This document shows, piece by piece, positions 1-12,888 of a stretch of 64,000 nt of DNA (the first letter of the stretch is position 1; every line of letters begins with the position of its first letter). A model generated the notes under the pieces. It did not search any database and was not told the DNA's origin. It was given only the letters and a program-made list of their open reading frames with translations. The position numbers and the translations under genes are program-made. The stretch comes from Pelomyxa schiedti (lineage: Eukaryota; Protista; Evosea), in NCBI GenBank assembly GCA_020536535.1, contig JAHLWZ010000253.1:101154-165153 (forward strand), read 5' to 3'.

Positions 1-1844
1 ATGAAGACGACTTTATCCTTGCGTTTGTGCTGTGCATTGACCTTAACTCACTGACCTTGTTCCTCCTTTCCCCTTTCCCAGACATGAAATGCCTAAAACC
101 ATTCCCGCGGATTCGATCATTGTGCATGTGCTTCATAGAAGCCCGGAAGGAAATTTCTTCAATGTTTTAGGTACTTCTATCATGGTAGATTGGCCCTTAA
201 ATCTAGCAGGAATTCCGTTTATTGTAATCATTGATAAGCACTCGACAGGAGAGCAACTGTACAGAAAAGTGTGGCATATTGCGAAGTATTTCTGATTGCA
301 GTTTATACATCCTTAACAACCTCCAGAAAGTATACCATACCAATGAACCCAAAAGCTGGAGTACCACGAGACCCCGCTTTTAGTGATAGTGATTTCAGTG
401 ACCCTCCACAGTCCAGTGAGACAGAGAGCTCTGAGAGTGATGATGGAGGTGATAAAGCATCCCATGCCGAGGATAGAAATAAGGAGGGGTCACACAAGGA
501 CCACCATAGGAGAGAAAAGGGATCAACTCCAAAGCACAGTGAAGGATCGCACCGCGAAGAATCATCTCACGGGAGTACAAGAGATCACCACCGAGAAAGC
601 AGAGGTGAACCTTAATTCTTTTTATACCTTCTTAGTGATTATCCCAGAAACATCTCCAACACACAAGCCCAATTCTCGAGTTGACCCATTCCCAAATTTT
701 AAACTAGTTGCCTTATTATCTTCAGAAGCGATATCCTTTCTGGCTGTCATACGTTCGAGTGTCTGGGACCCTGTGTTCTCTTTGTGAATATGCGGAAGGG
801 TGCACTGGCTGCAGAGTGGGGAGATCGGAACACCCAGCAAAGTCTTTCCCTTCCCAAATGCTCAAAGCTGTTGCTGTGGATTGGAAAGACTTAACAGTTG
901 TTCAAGATAACTTACTGGTAGTAACGGGATTTATATCCACCCTTACATCGTACAGCAAGTAAAAAGTTATGCTGATCCAACAACACCAAGTTCCACTGTC
1001 CAACGAAGTATCACAGATTGTTTTTCCGCATTCACTGTAAAAGAACAACTCGGACCTGAAGATCCATGGTATATCTAACCCATTTTCCTCCAGCTAAAGT
1101 ATTTTAGGTACTGTCCAACTTGCAAGGACCACAAGCAAGCATCCAAACAACTGGAGATTTGGAAGCTGCCAGAAGTAAGTCCCCACAGAGAAATACTTCC
1201 CTCCCCGTTTTTAATAGTTCCCTAGATTCTCGTTATTCATTTCAAGCGATTTGCCTATACAAAATTGTTCAGACAAAAACTTATGGACGATATTGCATTC
1301 CCCATTGACAACTTCGACTTGACACACCTTGTACCACCACAGGAATTCAAACCTGTGTACGAGCTTTATGCGGTGTCTGTATGGTCCCTCATCCAAAAAA
1401 ACAACCCTTAACTGTAAGAAGAACCATTCAGGTGGAATTGGAGGGGGACATTACACTGCAAATTGCAGAAACAAAGATGACAACAACTGGTACAACTTCA
1501 ATGACAGCAGCTGTTCCATTACCACAAGTGATTCAGTCTCGGGTCCTGCCGCCTATTTACTGTTCTATCAACTAAAAAAAGAGGGAGGACCGCTTTCAGA
1601 ATCAGGAGCAACCACTGATCCTTCCAGTGCAAATACTGCACTGCCACCCACTTCCTCACGTGACAACACAGACTCCACTCCCCAGACAGCCGACACAACC
1701 ACACCACAGCAAACAGAGAGTTCCTCACAAACTTCTACAGAATCCTCACCAAAACCAGCCACAGAATCCTCACCAAAGCCATCCACAGAGAAACCACCCA
1801 AAGAAAAGCCAAGCAAAGGTCACAAACACAAAGACTCACATTGA
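1..1844 (+). CDS. Ubiquitin carboxyl-terminal hydrolase, USP4/11/15-like (C-terminal part, 5' truncated, multi-exon)
   Basis: Spliced exons give [37 protein letters not shown] and His-box [32 protein letters not shown]; stop at 1844. Confidence 0.9.
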
Positions 1845-2030
1845 GAATTGGTACTTGGACACGCCGTACCACTTTTTCACGAAGCTATAATTGAACCCCT
1901 TTTTTTGCCCTTTGGCCTTTCCTTGTCTTTTTATAGTACGTAAACACCACCAACCAAAAAAGAGGAATAAAAAACACAGTGCACACAAATCAAAAAAAAA
2001 CCAAGAAACAAACAACAGCAGCAAAGCAAA

Positions 2031-2560
2031 ATGGCATCAGGAGTGGCTATTGATGACGAAGTTGTTAGCGTCTACAACGAGCTAAAGTTGAAGCAGAACA
2101 AGAGATACATCATCCTGTCGTTCAGTGCCGACGCAAGGCGCATAACGCTCGAGACCGTCGGCGAGAGGCCCGCGACTTGGGAGGAGTTCTGCGCCAAGCT
2201 CCCGAAGGACGACTGTCGCTATGCTGTGTTTGACTACGAGTTCTCTCTTGGCGGTGGAGAGGGCGATCGATCAAAGGTTTTTTTTTTGTGTTTTTCCCAT
2301 GCACGTGAAAGTAACTCATTTGTTTGCAGTTGCTCTTCGTTTTGTGGGCACCAGACACGGCACCCGTAAGGAGAAAGACCCTCATCACCAGCAGGTTTGC
2401 TTTTTCCCGTTTTTTTCCTGTTTTGGTTTTGTGCTAATCTGGTATCTGTAGCAAGGCAGCCCTTCGTAAGGCACTTGTTGGTGTTGCGGCTGAGTTGCAG
2501 GCCACTGACGCTTCTGAGATTGACAAGGTTGAGGTCGAGAAGACCCTCAGGAGGTCCTAA
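2031..2560 (+). CDS. ADF/cofilin (actophorin-like), 3 exons
   Basis: MASGVAIDDEVVSVYNELKL..CRYAVFDYEF; after two GT-AG introns LLFVLWAPDTAPVRRKTLITSSKAALRKALVGVAAELQATDASEID..RRS*. Confidence 0.95.
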
Positions 2561-2724
2561 GCCAATCCCAACGACTTTCCGACTGTCCTCCAAATTGGAT
2601 ACTGATTAAATCTGTTGTGTTAATTTTTTCCGCCTTTTCAAAGGAAAGAGAAAAAAAAAAAAAACCCGCAATACCAACCATCAGCACAAGCGATACTCCC
2701 ACAATATCGTCTGCCGCGTCCTCC

Positions 2725-3024
2725 ATGAAGGGATCTGCCAGCGGCAAGGCACAGGCAGAGGCGGCAAGGCGGCAGATGGACGTAGAGGGGTACGGGGCCA
2801 AAGGCGACGATGACGACGCGGGCTACGGCAGAGGCTACGAAGACGAGGACGCCCTCCGTCTCGTGCACTCGCAGTTCTCCACCCTGCCGCAGGGGGACGA
2901 CGACAGCGTGTACGACTTCAACGGGGGCAAGGACCCCAACCTGAGCCCGGCGGCCGCCCTGCGCATCTACGCGGAGGACAACGCGCCCCCCCGCAGGCCG
3001 AGGCAGTACCGCAGGCACAAGCGG

Positions 3025-3071
<47 letters not shown>

Positions 3072-6000
3072 GGACGAGGAGGGCAGGTACTGGGCGGTCG
3101 GAGAGGAGGAGCAGCAGGGGAATCACTCTTGGATGTACCCCTGCGAGAAGGCCAGTGTGTACAGCGAGAGCCTGGGGAGCCAGTCGCGGGAGTACGAGGC
3201 GGAGGCAGCAGCCAAGAGCCTGCAGGCGAAGAAGCAGCAGCAGCAGGCGCCGAGGGGCGGGGGGCGCGGCACGCTGCCTGTGATAAAGGTCAAGGCGAAG
3301 CCGTCTACGGGGGGGAGGGGCCGAGGGGGGTCTGTGGGAAGTGCAGTTGTGGTGGGTGATTCTGGTTTCTGGGGGGGAAGCGGCCCGGCGACCGCAGCTG
3401 CTACTACCACCACTGCGCCTGTGGCTGTGAATGCTAATGCTAATGCTGCTGTGAATAGTAATGCCAGACAAACTAGCACCACAATCACCAAGGGGACTGC
3501 AGCCATCACGAAAGACACGAGCAACATCAGGAAGGCCGACGGCGTTGTGGGTGGGAAGCCCAGCTGCAACCTCAACACCAACACAAATTCTGGCAGAATA
3601 GCCTCAACAAATGTAAATACCAATAAGTCAAGCAACAATGGCAGTGGTGGTACCGCAAATGCACCCCATCACGAGAGTCCACGCAAACCGGAGTCTAGAT
3701 TAAGTCCTCCAAGTGCAACACCCTCCATCAGGTAAAAAGTTCCCAGTTTATCTAGGTTCACACATCCCAGCTTTGCAAGAACTTCGGATAGCTTCCCAAT
3801 TTGTGAAGGGTACCTGTGTACAGGGAAAGACGACTTAACTCAAAAAAATATTTTTTTTCCAGATTTCGAAATATTGGAAATACTTGCTACATGGGAGCAG
3901 TTTTACAATGCCTCACTTCAATAAAGTGGTTCGTTCAGGACCTTGCTTCCCCAGATGTGGTTTCTAGATTGAAGGAAAGTCCAGGTTTTGTACATTGAGG
4001 AGCCCTTGCCCTATCTCACTATCTGTAGATAGCTTAACTGAATTCTATAATGCTCTGAGTGAATTGTGCATTGAAAAAGTATATCACTGACCTAATCAGT
4101 AATCAGTCTTAATCATAATTTCAGGAATCGCACCCACATCCAGTCTGTAACCCAAATAAACTCAAAGAAGCGTTATGTAAGGTCTTACCACAATTCTCTG
4201 GGGTCCGGCAGCAAGTACGTATTTCTATTTTATTCACACAGTAAGCTCCTCAGGATGCCCATGAATTCCTTGTAAGTCTTTTTGATCAAGTGGAAAGGGA
4301 GCTTGCCCTACATATCATAATTGGTATCACCAAAGTGATTTGTTAGTCATCATTGCTTTTGTTAACGGTTCAGCAGAGAACCCTAAAGAGCGCTCTTTGT
4401 GCCCAGTAAATTTGAATTTTGGATGCAAAGTCTCTCCACTCTTTTCCTTAGTTTTTTTAAATAACAATAGGTCCAACACAAATTCACCTGCGAGAAGTGC
4501 GGACACTTTAGCACTGTGACTGAGCTCTTTCACGTTTTCTCCCTCAATTTGCTTGATGATGAGGAGCGAGCATTATTTGATGCAGTCGATCTTCCCACTG
4601 TTGACCACCTGATTCAAATTCATTTCAAAGTAATCGCACGGCTAGCAATTAACCTAACACGTGAAGGACGACAAACTGGAGAGATTATGCCCGAAGGAAC
4701 TCTGTGGTCACAAAAAGGCACAAGCTACACATAACATCACTGCTCTTCCTGTATCTGCAATTCTTTTCTATTCTATCTCATCGTCACAGAGAATACTTAT
4801 TTTACATCTAAAACGATTTACACACGGGAAAATCCTGTCGAAGAGGTTAGATCCAATTCGAATTCCACTTGAGCTAGATCTAGGTATATTATTTTGTCAC
4901 CCTTCTACATTCTGATTTCTCATCAGGGCCCTGTACCGTCAAGGACCCCTCTCTGCCTTTACAACCCCGCCCTCCAGCACCGCTCGTGCCACCCCCATTT
5001 GCAAGGATGAAGCTGGACTCGGCAAATAAATCTTTTTCGCCTATTGAACCTCCCCCTTCTGTTCATGGAAAAACCCCACCCGGCCCACTTGCTATTCATC
5101 ATCCCAAAACGCGAGAAGTTACAGGTTAGGACTGGTACACCACTTCAAACATTGTAGCAATAAAATAGATGAATAAACACATCATAGAACCTGTTTGGAA
5201 GCATGTGGAAACTGAAAACGCACAATTGAATCAAATTGCTCTTCATCCGCCCCCGAAACGGCCTCGTCTTGTTCTCGGTATTCCTTATAGATTTTGCTCT
5301 TTGTTTTACTTACACAACAAGAGCCAAAGCCCCCAGTGCGCATTGAAGGTCTCGTTCTTCAAATACTTTTGTACCTAATTTTTTTTTTCTCTTGCAGCAG
5401 TTACAACAGGTGTAGATGAGAAAAGTCCGAATTGCGATGTAGTTGTACCCTCCAATGAACTGTGTGCCAGGCCAACCAACCTCCAAGTAAATGCACTTAA
5501 GTCACTGTAGGAAGAGTGAAACATCTTGTCCCAATGCCACACGCAAAGTATCCGAGCCTGAACCTGAAATCAGAGACATAACACAGGTCGTCGATCCATC
5601 AACACCAACAGAGACAATTCAGTCTGGGGTAGTTGATCCACCAACAAATACAATTCAAAGTGGAGATGGCTCACATGCAGAGAGCACAGGAACCAATCCC
5701 GCGCACGACCCTGCAAGCACTCCTTCAACAAACGAGGACCCCCCAACGACTACCGCCAGTAACACACAAGATGCACCTCCGAATCAAAGCACCACCACCT
5801 GTTCCGCGGAATCATCAGCAAGTTCTAGCGGGGCACAGCCAACCAAACCACCAAGACAACCCCCGATCATTCCGGCATCAGGGAAACTTTGGAACGACAC
5901 CGCACCCGGCACAACACCAAGCAAAAGATACAGATTGGTATCTTATGTGCGGCACGACGGTCTTTCTGCCTCTGGGGGACACTATCTAGCTATGGTGCGT

Positions 6001-6160
6001 AAGGGTGATATATGGAAGCTCTACAATGACTCTGCCTGTTCTAACTACAAATTCGGTTTGTCTTCCAAAATCATCCCAACACTCAATAATAGTATTCCTC
6101 ACAGGAGGTCAAACTGACGAGAAAAATGCTTACCTGTTTTTCTACGAGTACCAGTTCTGA
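2725..6160 (+). CDS. USP-family deubiquitinase with long low-complexity N-terminus (multi-exon)
   Basis: Cys-box FRNIGNTCYMGAVLQCL, QQDAHEFL, LILHLKRF, His-box YRLVSYVRHDGLSASGGHY..WKLYNDS, ends NAYLFFYEYQF*. Confidence 0.88.
3025..3070 (+). repeat. (GGC)n trinucleotide tract encoding poly-Gly
   Basis: About 15 tandem GGC units inside the first exon of the USP gene. Confidence 0.9.
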
Positions 6161-6221
6161 GTAGGTCAAAAAGATCTGTGGATAGAACTTTTCTTTTCTT
6201 TTCTATTTTTTTTTGGCTCGG

Positions 6222-8157
6222 ATGTCGTCGAGTGCAACCGATGGCAGCACCAAGTTGTCGTGCTGCAGGATGACATGGTGAGTTGTTGTAGTAGCCCTCC
6301 CACAATTCATTGCGATCTGATTACGGTATAGCGCAGTGGTTCCACCGGGGCTGGCGGGATCTGCACCAGCGGCCTCGTGGGATGGCACCAAGTTGTATTT
6401 CATTGGGGGAGTGAAACACGGTTATTTGGCTGCATCGGGGTCAGGGTCTTCAGATGTGTACATTTTTGACATGGGTAATTGCTACTCATTTTGCACTTTC
6501 ACAACCACGGGGGACGGGGCAGGGAGTGCAGACAATGGATTATGGGTGGGGAATATGAAAATATTTATGTGTTTGGTTGGATTCTGCACCATATATTCTA
6601 ATTTCAGAGTGATTAGTGAGAAATACCTGGGCAAAGCCTCAAGTGGCTGTGGTGCCAGGAGAGTGTTTATACGGCTGTACTGCAACACCCTATGCAAGTA
6701 GCGAGGGTAACCTATTAATCATTGTTGGTGGAAGCTCTGATCCCGCTCTGTTTTTGCGTACATTACACCTTCCAGAAGGTACTATTCCTTTTCATTGTAT
6801 TACTGTGGTTACAGGATCATCCATTTCAGATCAAACAATCTCTTGGAGAGTGAAGGAGCTTTCAACAGAGAATTCGCTTACACAGTTACCTCCATCGCGG
6901 TTCCACAGTGCAACTCTTATTGGCAATGACATTTTTGTATTTGGTGGACTATGTGCAGGGCATGTTCATAATAAACTACTGAAATTTTCTATTGGTAAGC
7001 AACAAACGTTTGCAACAAATTACATGGTAAACAAGTGGGATAGGTACTAAAGTTACCTGCACACTTATTGAAGCTGAAAATGCACCACCAGCACGGTCTC
7101 ATCACACAGCAACAGCAGTAGGAACTAGTTTGTTTATATTTGGTGGATGCTCAGATACAGATGTACTTACAGATACTTGGACTTTTGACACAGGTGCTTC
7201 ATATGCAAACAATTCGTAACTTTGCTAACAACGCTACGTATAGTGTCTCGTCATTGGAGTTGCCTAGATCCATCTCCGCCAGTTTGCATTCCTCCTACCC
7301 CACTGATGCCAGGGTGGTGTCCAAGAGAAGAAATCAAGCCTTCATCCTATTCCTGCTATCTTCATAGCAGTAACTCCATATTTACTTTGCAACCGTTACC
7401 AGTCAATGACTCCTTGCGATTTACCTCACGCTTATACAACCTAAGTACCCCCTTTAACGGTAAACAGCCACCTCAGTTAATTCTATCTGCACAGCCAACT
7501 ATGCCTGGCAAAGTGTTACCTGGCAGACAGACCCTCCGCTTGGTTTTGGTACTTCAGACTTCCGACTGATGGCTTCTGCATGCAACACTAGCCCCACTCT
7601 TCTGAGATTGGTAGTATTTGGTGGTGTACTTACTGTAAAACACAGTGCTCCCGTTCTACTCAATGACCTCTGGATCATCGGCGATTCCCGAGGTTGTTTC
7701 CCAACCCCAGATCACATTTAGTTTTTTCCCTCTACACTCCAACAACACTGATTACTGTGAATAGAGAGCCGAGCCACACCCCCACCTTCACAACCATTCA
7801 GTACAAAACTGTTGACACCAGCACCGCCAGCCAAACCAGCCAAACCTACCACAACACCAACGACTTCACACACAATTTCCACCACAAGGTCCATCACAGT
7901 TTCAACAGACTCTACTGACTTGTGCAAGGTATAATATCTTCAAACCTGATATCGAAACTCACCCAGAAAACCAAAGATATGCTATGAAAAGAAAATTGAC
8001 ACGGTAGTATTGGAATGTGGACACAGTTTTGCTTGCATGCAGTGTGCCTCATCCCTTAGAGTATGTCCCAGAGTTATATTCCAAAACTAAGAGGTCTTAG
8101 GTGTGCTCCGTTTGCCGTAAGGACATTGTCAGAGTGATCAAGTTGTACAAAATGTGA
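6222..8157 (+). CDS. Kelch-repeat protein with C-terminal RING finger (probable E3 ligase)
   Basis: Kelch motifs LYFIGG, PPSRFHSATLIGNDIFVFGG, PPARSHHTATAVGTSLFIFGG; C-terminal ICYEKKIDTVVLECGHSFACMQC..CSVCRKDIVRVIKLY. Confidence 0.85.
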
Positions 8158-8242
8158 AAAATCATAAGAAATGGAAAGAATAGGGTGTCTATAGCCACAA
8201 GGCAGCAAAGATAAAAGATGAAAAGCAAAAATTTCTAGAGAG

Positions 8243-8729
8243 TCAAAAAGCCTTGTTTATTGCCGTTGGGGTGAGGAGTACAGTTCTTGTGTAAATAACA
8301 CCCCTGTCATCACCAGAATCACGCCTCTCCACCAGTGAGCACTCACACAGCTCCCTCCTCAGCGAAATGTGGTCGATGTTCTCCTTTACTTTATCTGTGG
8401 GCTCGTTGCTGAGAAGTCCCAACAGGATGGTATTCACGTCTGCCTCTACATATCTATTTGAAGGACACAACAAAGTGGATGGAGGAAACCGTGGATCAGC
8501 TGCTGAAAAAAAAAAAATTGGATAAATGCATACTCGTGTCCAAGGAGAAAATGGGTTGCTATCCAAGCCAAAAGTGACGCCTTTTGCTCTCTTTGTTTCT
8601 TTGTTGGCCACAACCTGATGAGTTGGTGTGGAACGTCCAAAAACTCCTAGGAACAAGTAAATCCTCATCACAGATGTTTCTGCATCCACACACCGCAATG
8701 GACTCGGGGGCAAAACACACGGCTGCCAT
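8243..8729 (-). CDS. Small DUF2087-like protein (bacterial-type winged-helix family), spliced
   Basis: LLAWIATHF..RYVEADVNTILL..DHISLRRELCECSLVERR..Y resembles the DUF2087 pattern Y.E.EVN..L..D...LRR.L....L..R. Confidence 0.6.
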
Positions 8730-8994
8730 CTTGTGGGTTTTTTTTTTGCTTTTTGATCGATCAAATGCCAAGTGTTTTATGGGGTGATTTCTTGTTAAGG
8801 AACGATCTGAATTCTGGAGAAAGATATGACAAATGAGTCAGATTGAGGCTACTCCTCAAGACATCGAAGCCAATGCTCTAACCTGTGCCTCAATCAGACC
8901 ACGATCAATCTGAAAGCAGGTTGAGCAGACTGCGCCCAAGTTACACATCTCCTAATTTTTTTTTTAAATTGTAAAAATTTTTCACGTTCTCGAG

Positions 8995-10389
8995 ATGCCC
9001 AAGCACAAGGTTGTTGCGCACAGACATCGTTACTACATCAATCTAACTGTTTTGTTAAAAAACCAACAGAGCACCTCCGCGAAGGAAAAATCCGGGTCTG
9101 GGGCTGAGGAAAGTCAGTTTGAGGTGGAGAAAGTTGTAGGACGAAGGACACGAGTACGTTGGCTTGTTCTGGGGTTTTTTGGGTTTTTTTTGGGTTTTTT
9201 TCTTTTCTCCTCCCAACCTTTTTTTTTTTTTTACAGAACGGCAAAGTGCAATACTATTTGAAGTGGAAGGTATTGGAGATACTCATTTGGAAAGTGCCAC
9301 CAAAAGAACGCGTAACTGTGATATAGGGATACCCCTCGTCTGACAACACGTGGGAGAATGAAGGGGACTGTGCCTGTGCAGACTTGATAAGCGAATTCCT
9401 ACGGAAATTGAAAGAAAAAAAACGCAGTGAAAAAATGCTGTCTCCTGACAAGAAAACATCATCAGGGCACAAACACTCCAAGAAAGGTAGGTGGCGTAAT
9501 TTTCAACTTTATGAACAATTCTAATCACAACAATACTAGACAAAACTCCTGACAAGGAGTCTGAATATACCAAGCAAGTGTTGTTGGTCGTAGACGAGAA
9601 AACAGGTGTAAAGGAGCTTGTTACTGAAAAGGAAGTTGCTACACCACCTCATTCTGGAAAAAATTCAAGTGCATCCAGTAATACAACATCAAAAACCGTT
9701 GCCACTGCATCGAAAAGTTCGGAATCAAAACTCGCTCCCGCAAAGCGAAAACATGACGAGCCCGCGCCCACAACACCAATGCACAGTGACAGTAAGGATG
9801 ACGACATTCCGATGAAACCAGTCCAAAAAGAGGAAGCTGCTGCGCCTCCTGGAGCCAAGAGGAATTGTGTCAGCCATTCTTCCCCAAGTGCATCAGTCAC
9901 AACCACAGTTATTCAAGATGTACCGAAGCCTGAAAAGCCTGAAAAGTCTGAATCTGCCGTAGCACAAGTAAATCTAGAACATATGGCTGAGGAGGTTTGG
10001 CCACTGCACCATTCTGCGTTATTCTCACGGCCGTAGAATATCGGCTTTGAACAGGGAGATAAAGTGGAATCCATTGTGGGTGTTGCTAAGGATGATGAAA
10101 GTGGAGAATTATATGTATATGTACAATGGTAAGCAGAACATATCAATATGAAACATAGCAACGTAATTCTGCAGGATTGGCAAGTCGACGGTGACTGCTA
10201 TACCGGCTCACGAAATACACCAACGGGAACCACTTAAACTGATTGCTTTCTACGAGAGTAAACTCAAGGTTCTTCAGCTTCTTTCCTTAAAACAACCACC
10301 ATTTTCAAATATTTACTCCTGTGTAGTTTGAGTCCGGCACCACGAACCCCTCAATCCTCGGCAATCCTGGCCAACCCAGTTCCTCCTAG
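8995..10389 (+). CDS. HP1-like chromodomain + chromoshadow protein
   Basis: FEVEKVVGRR..VQYYLKWKGYPSSDNTWE (chromo); GFEQGDKVESIVG..ELYVYVQW..PLKLIAFYESKL (chromoshadow). Confidence 0.9.
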
Positions 10390-10778
10390 TTTATTTACTA
10401 CTTTTGAGTCAAAACCGACACCACTGCCAACCTAACTTACAAACCACCCATCATTACGATCACACAGCGCAACCAATACTTTTTTTTTGTTTGTTCTCTG
10501 ATTCCCTTTCTCGGGCTCCCAGTTGTGCCAAAAATAAGAGATTCATACGAAGATGATGGACTCTTTGGCTAACTGGCACACGTGAGGTAACGAAAAGGCC
10601 CTCCCACTACAGCACCAGCCGAGGGTCAGATACAGTCACCAATATTTTTCCCCTGCCTGGTTCTCCCATAATTCCTTTGAGCTCAAAAGGACCGTGATTC
10701 GAACGTGATCCTCAGCTGGTGCGGGTCAGAATAACCTGGAAGAGAGGAGATTGGGGAGGGGAGGGGATGTAAAAAATA

Positions 10779-11203
10779 GGCACTCTTGTTCCCGGCAATG
10801 GAATTAAGCCAATAATTTCGGGAGTACTATTCAGGGACACAGAAGTAAAAAGTGTGGGTTTTGTGGTTGTAGGTATTGGGGATTGTGGTTGTAGGTCTTG
10901 GGGAAGGTGATGCGGCAATGGAGCGGTACTGAAGGTGCAGGCAGGGAGATGTCCATCCTCGACCCACCCGTCCTCCCCCTCCCTTCTCCAATCTCCTCTT
11001 TTCCCCATGGGTCCGGCATCACACTGGGAAAAAGAGAAACAAGATTTCCTCCTCAGATGAATTGTGGGACAAACCGAAAAGAAGCACATAAACATAAAAA
11101 AATTCGAAGAGTTTGCGAATTCAAGGTATCGGGAAAATTTTTGTCTCTTTCAGCTCTTTCTTAAGCCAGCACGACAATCGGTGTTGCCGGGAACAAGAGT
11201 GCC
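10779..11203. mobile_element. Putative MITE-like element bounded by a 26-bp perfect inverted repeat, carrying a copy of the dispersed repeat core
   Basis: aaaataggcactcttgttcccggcaa (10773-10798) is the reverse complement of ttgccgggaacaagagtgcctatttt (11184-11209); TA flanks both ends. Confidence 0.5.
10883..11080 (+). repeat. Dispersed repeat copy, near-identical to 63500-63700
   Basis: tgtggttgtaggtcttggggaaggtgatgcggcaatggagcggtactgaaggtgcaggcagggaga..cctcgacccacccgtcctccccctccc..cagatgaattgtgggacaaaccgaa shared. Confidence 0.9.
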
Positions 11204-11244
11204 TATTTTAATTCAAGGTTCGGGAAAATTTTGTCTTGTTCAGC

Positions 11245-11490
11245 AGTACTATTCAGGGACACAGAAGTAAAAAGTGTGTGTTTTGTGGTTGTAGGTCTTG
11301 GGGAAGGTGATGCGGATTGGATAGCTGTCTTTCCGTACACTTCTTCGAGTTTTTTTGCCCCCTCAAAGCAAGCTTCTCTTTCAGCGCAAGTGATCTCCCT
11401 GCCTGCACCTTCAGTACCCTCTCCATTGCCGCATCACCTTCCCCATTGAAGAAAAAATAGAAGCACACCCCAGCCAACCACAAAACATTG
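11245..11490. repeat. Partial direct (11245-11315) and inverted (11396-11490) copies of repeat modules
   Basis: gtactattcagggacacagaagtaaaaagtgtg repeats 10824-10856; ctccctgcctgcaccttcagtaccctctccattgccgcatcaccttcccc is the reverse-complement core. Confidence 0.85.
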
Positions 11491-11532
11491 AAACAACCAA
11501 AACTTTTTTTCACTGTAACAGAAGCCTGTTTG

Positions 11533-12297
11533 TTATGTTCGGGAACCTTGAGGTGGAGGTGGGGTACCCATCTTTGGGTTGGTGGTGGTTGTGTGCGTCC
11601 TGGGGACTTTGGGTTGGGGGACTGTTGGTGCTGCGGCGTCCGTGTCGTTGGAACTGTCAGTGTTGGTCTCTAAGACCTGAGCCGGGATCCCCTCGGTCAC
11701 GTACTTCATTGGATCATCACTGCGATCGCGTTGGTTGGTAGCAATTGTGGAGGTGGTGGCGGCGGGCTGAGGTTGCTGGATAAAGAAAGGAAGTGGGGGT
11801 ACAAGGAACGTGTTTGGTCCTTCAACTACTCTCGCACTGCTGTGCACGTGCTTTGTGTTGGAAGCTGTGGCTGTGGTGGTGGATTTCTCGTGACTGTAGG
11901 GACCTTGATAATGATAGCAAAGGCCAACAGTGCCGATGGATGAGGGGGGAAGTGACTCTGGACGAACAGCTTCCGGAACCAGTGATTGGTTTTTCCTTTT
12001 CCGGAGTAAATTGCGGTCACGGCTTTGCTTCTTCACAGGGGCTGGATGGGATGTAGCCATCATGCTGGCGGGACTGGGGCTCTGATTCAACGGCCACTGA
12101 ATCTGAGGAATCAAGTAATCAGCACGCCCATTGCCCATGGCGTTGGGTGCCTCTCTTTGAGGAACACCCTTGTAATGTTGGACCTTACGGTGGAATGTCT
12201 CAACACCTTCTTGATCAGGGTGCTTGGAAACTTTGCTTTCTGTTTTAATAATGAATGGTGTTCGCGATGTAACAATCAAAAAAGCGCTAAAACACAC
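11533..12297 (-). CDS. Hypothetical Pro/Thr-rich protein
   Basis: 254-codon open frame between repeat blocks; no recognisable domain; start uncertain. Confidence 0.4.
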   Translation of the reverse strand: MCFSAFLIVTSRTPFIIKTESKVSKHPDQEGVETFHRKVQHYKGVPQREAPNAMGNGRADYLIPQIQWPLNQSPSPASMMATSHPAPVKKQSRDRNLLRKRKNQSLVPEAVRPESLPPSSIGTVGLCYHYQGPYSHEKSTTTATASNTKHVHSSARVVEGPNTFLVPPLPFFIQQPQPAATTSTIATNQRDRSDDPMKYVTEGIPAQVLETNTDSSNDTDAAAPTVPQPKVPRTHTTTTNPKMGTPPPPQGSRT

Positions 12298-12521
12298 CCA
12301 ACGGCAACATGTTCATGTGGATCCAATGTTGAGTAAGATCTCGTGTCCCCGTTTCGTTTTCCTACGTCATCTGCTGTGCTGATAAGATCCCCATCTCGTG
12401 CGATAGTCGTTGTTACACCGGCTCTTTTTTTGTTGTTTTATTTGTAAGTTGTTGCCAACATTGCTATTTCTTTAATGAAATTGAAACTGGTGCAGGTGTT
12501 CGGTTTTTTGTTCTGCGTCCC

Positions 12522-12888
12522 GTTGCATCGTGAATCGGCCCCGCAAGTGCAACAAAAAACTTGCGTAGACCTTCCGCCACACTCAGAAGACAGGCCCTGA
12601 AACCGAAAAACCGAAAGATCAGTAATTTCAACTCTGCCCTGTTCGAGATTGATGCAATTTCTCCCACAATTCGTCAGGGGCGAAAAAAGGAACGGGAGTT
12701 CGGCTGGGAGCTCCGACGACTATTTTATGGGGAAGAGAGGAGATTGGAGAGGGGAGGGGGAGGACGGGTGGGTCGAGGATGGACTTCTCCCTGCTTGCAC
12801 CTTCAGTACCCTCTCCATTGCCGCATCACCCTCCCCTATAGAGTAATAGAAACACACGCCAACCACAAAACAAACATTTTTTTTTTGC
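12522..12888 (+). repeat. ~370-bp dispersed repeat ending 18 nt before the HAUS1-like ATG
   Basis: Collinear and highly similar by eye to the reverse complement of 63082-63449. Confidence 0.92.

Noticed and set aside
2638-3638. Long antisense ORFs over GC-rich exons (also 12836-13563, 41993-42691, 47535-48494)
   Set aside because: Shadow frames of low-complexity GC-rich coding sequence with no domain signal
10685-10740. GTTCGAATC (T-loop/B-box-like) on the minus strand followed by TTTT
   Set aside because: Flanks do not pair into a T-stem, and no acceptor, D or anticodon arms are visible; not called as tRNA
10820-11320. Recurrent direct repeats resembling a CRISPR array
   Set aside because: Only 2-3 irregular copies with non-unique, variable-length intervals; eukaryotic context with no cas genes
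10712-11513. ORFs within the repeat copies (also 12561-13040, 63134-63709)
   Set aside because: Frames are not conserved between copies and show no transposase or RT motifs
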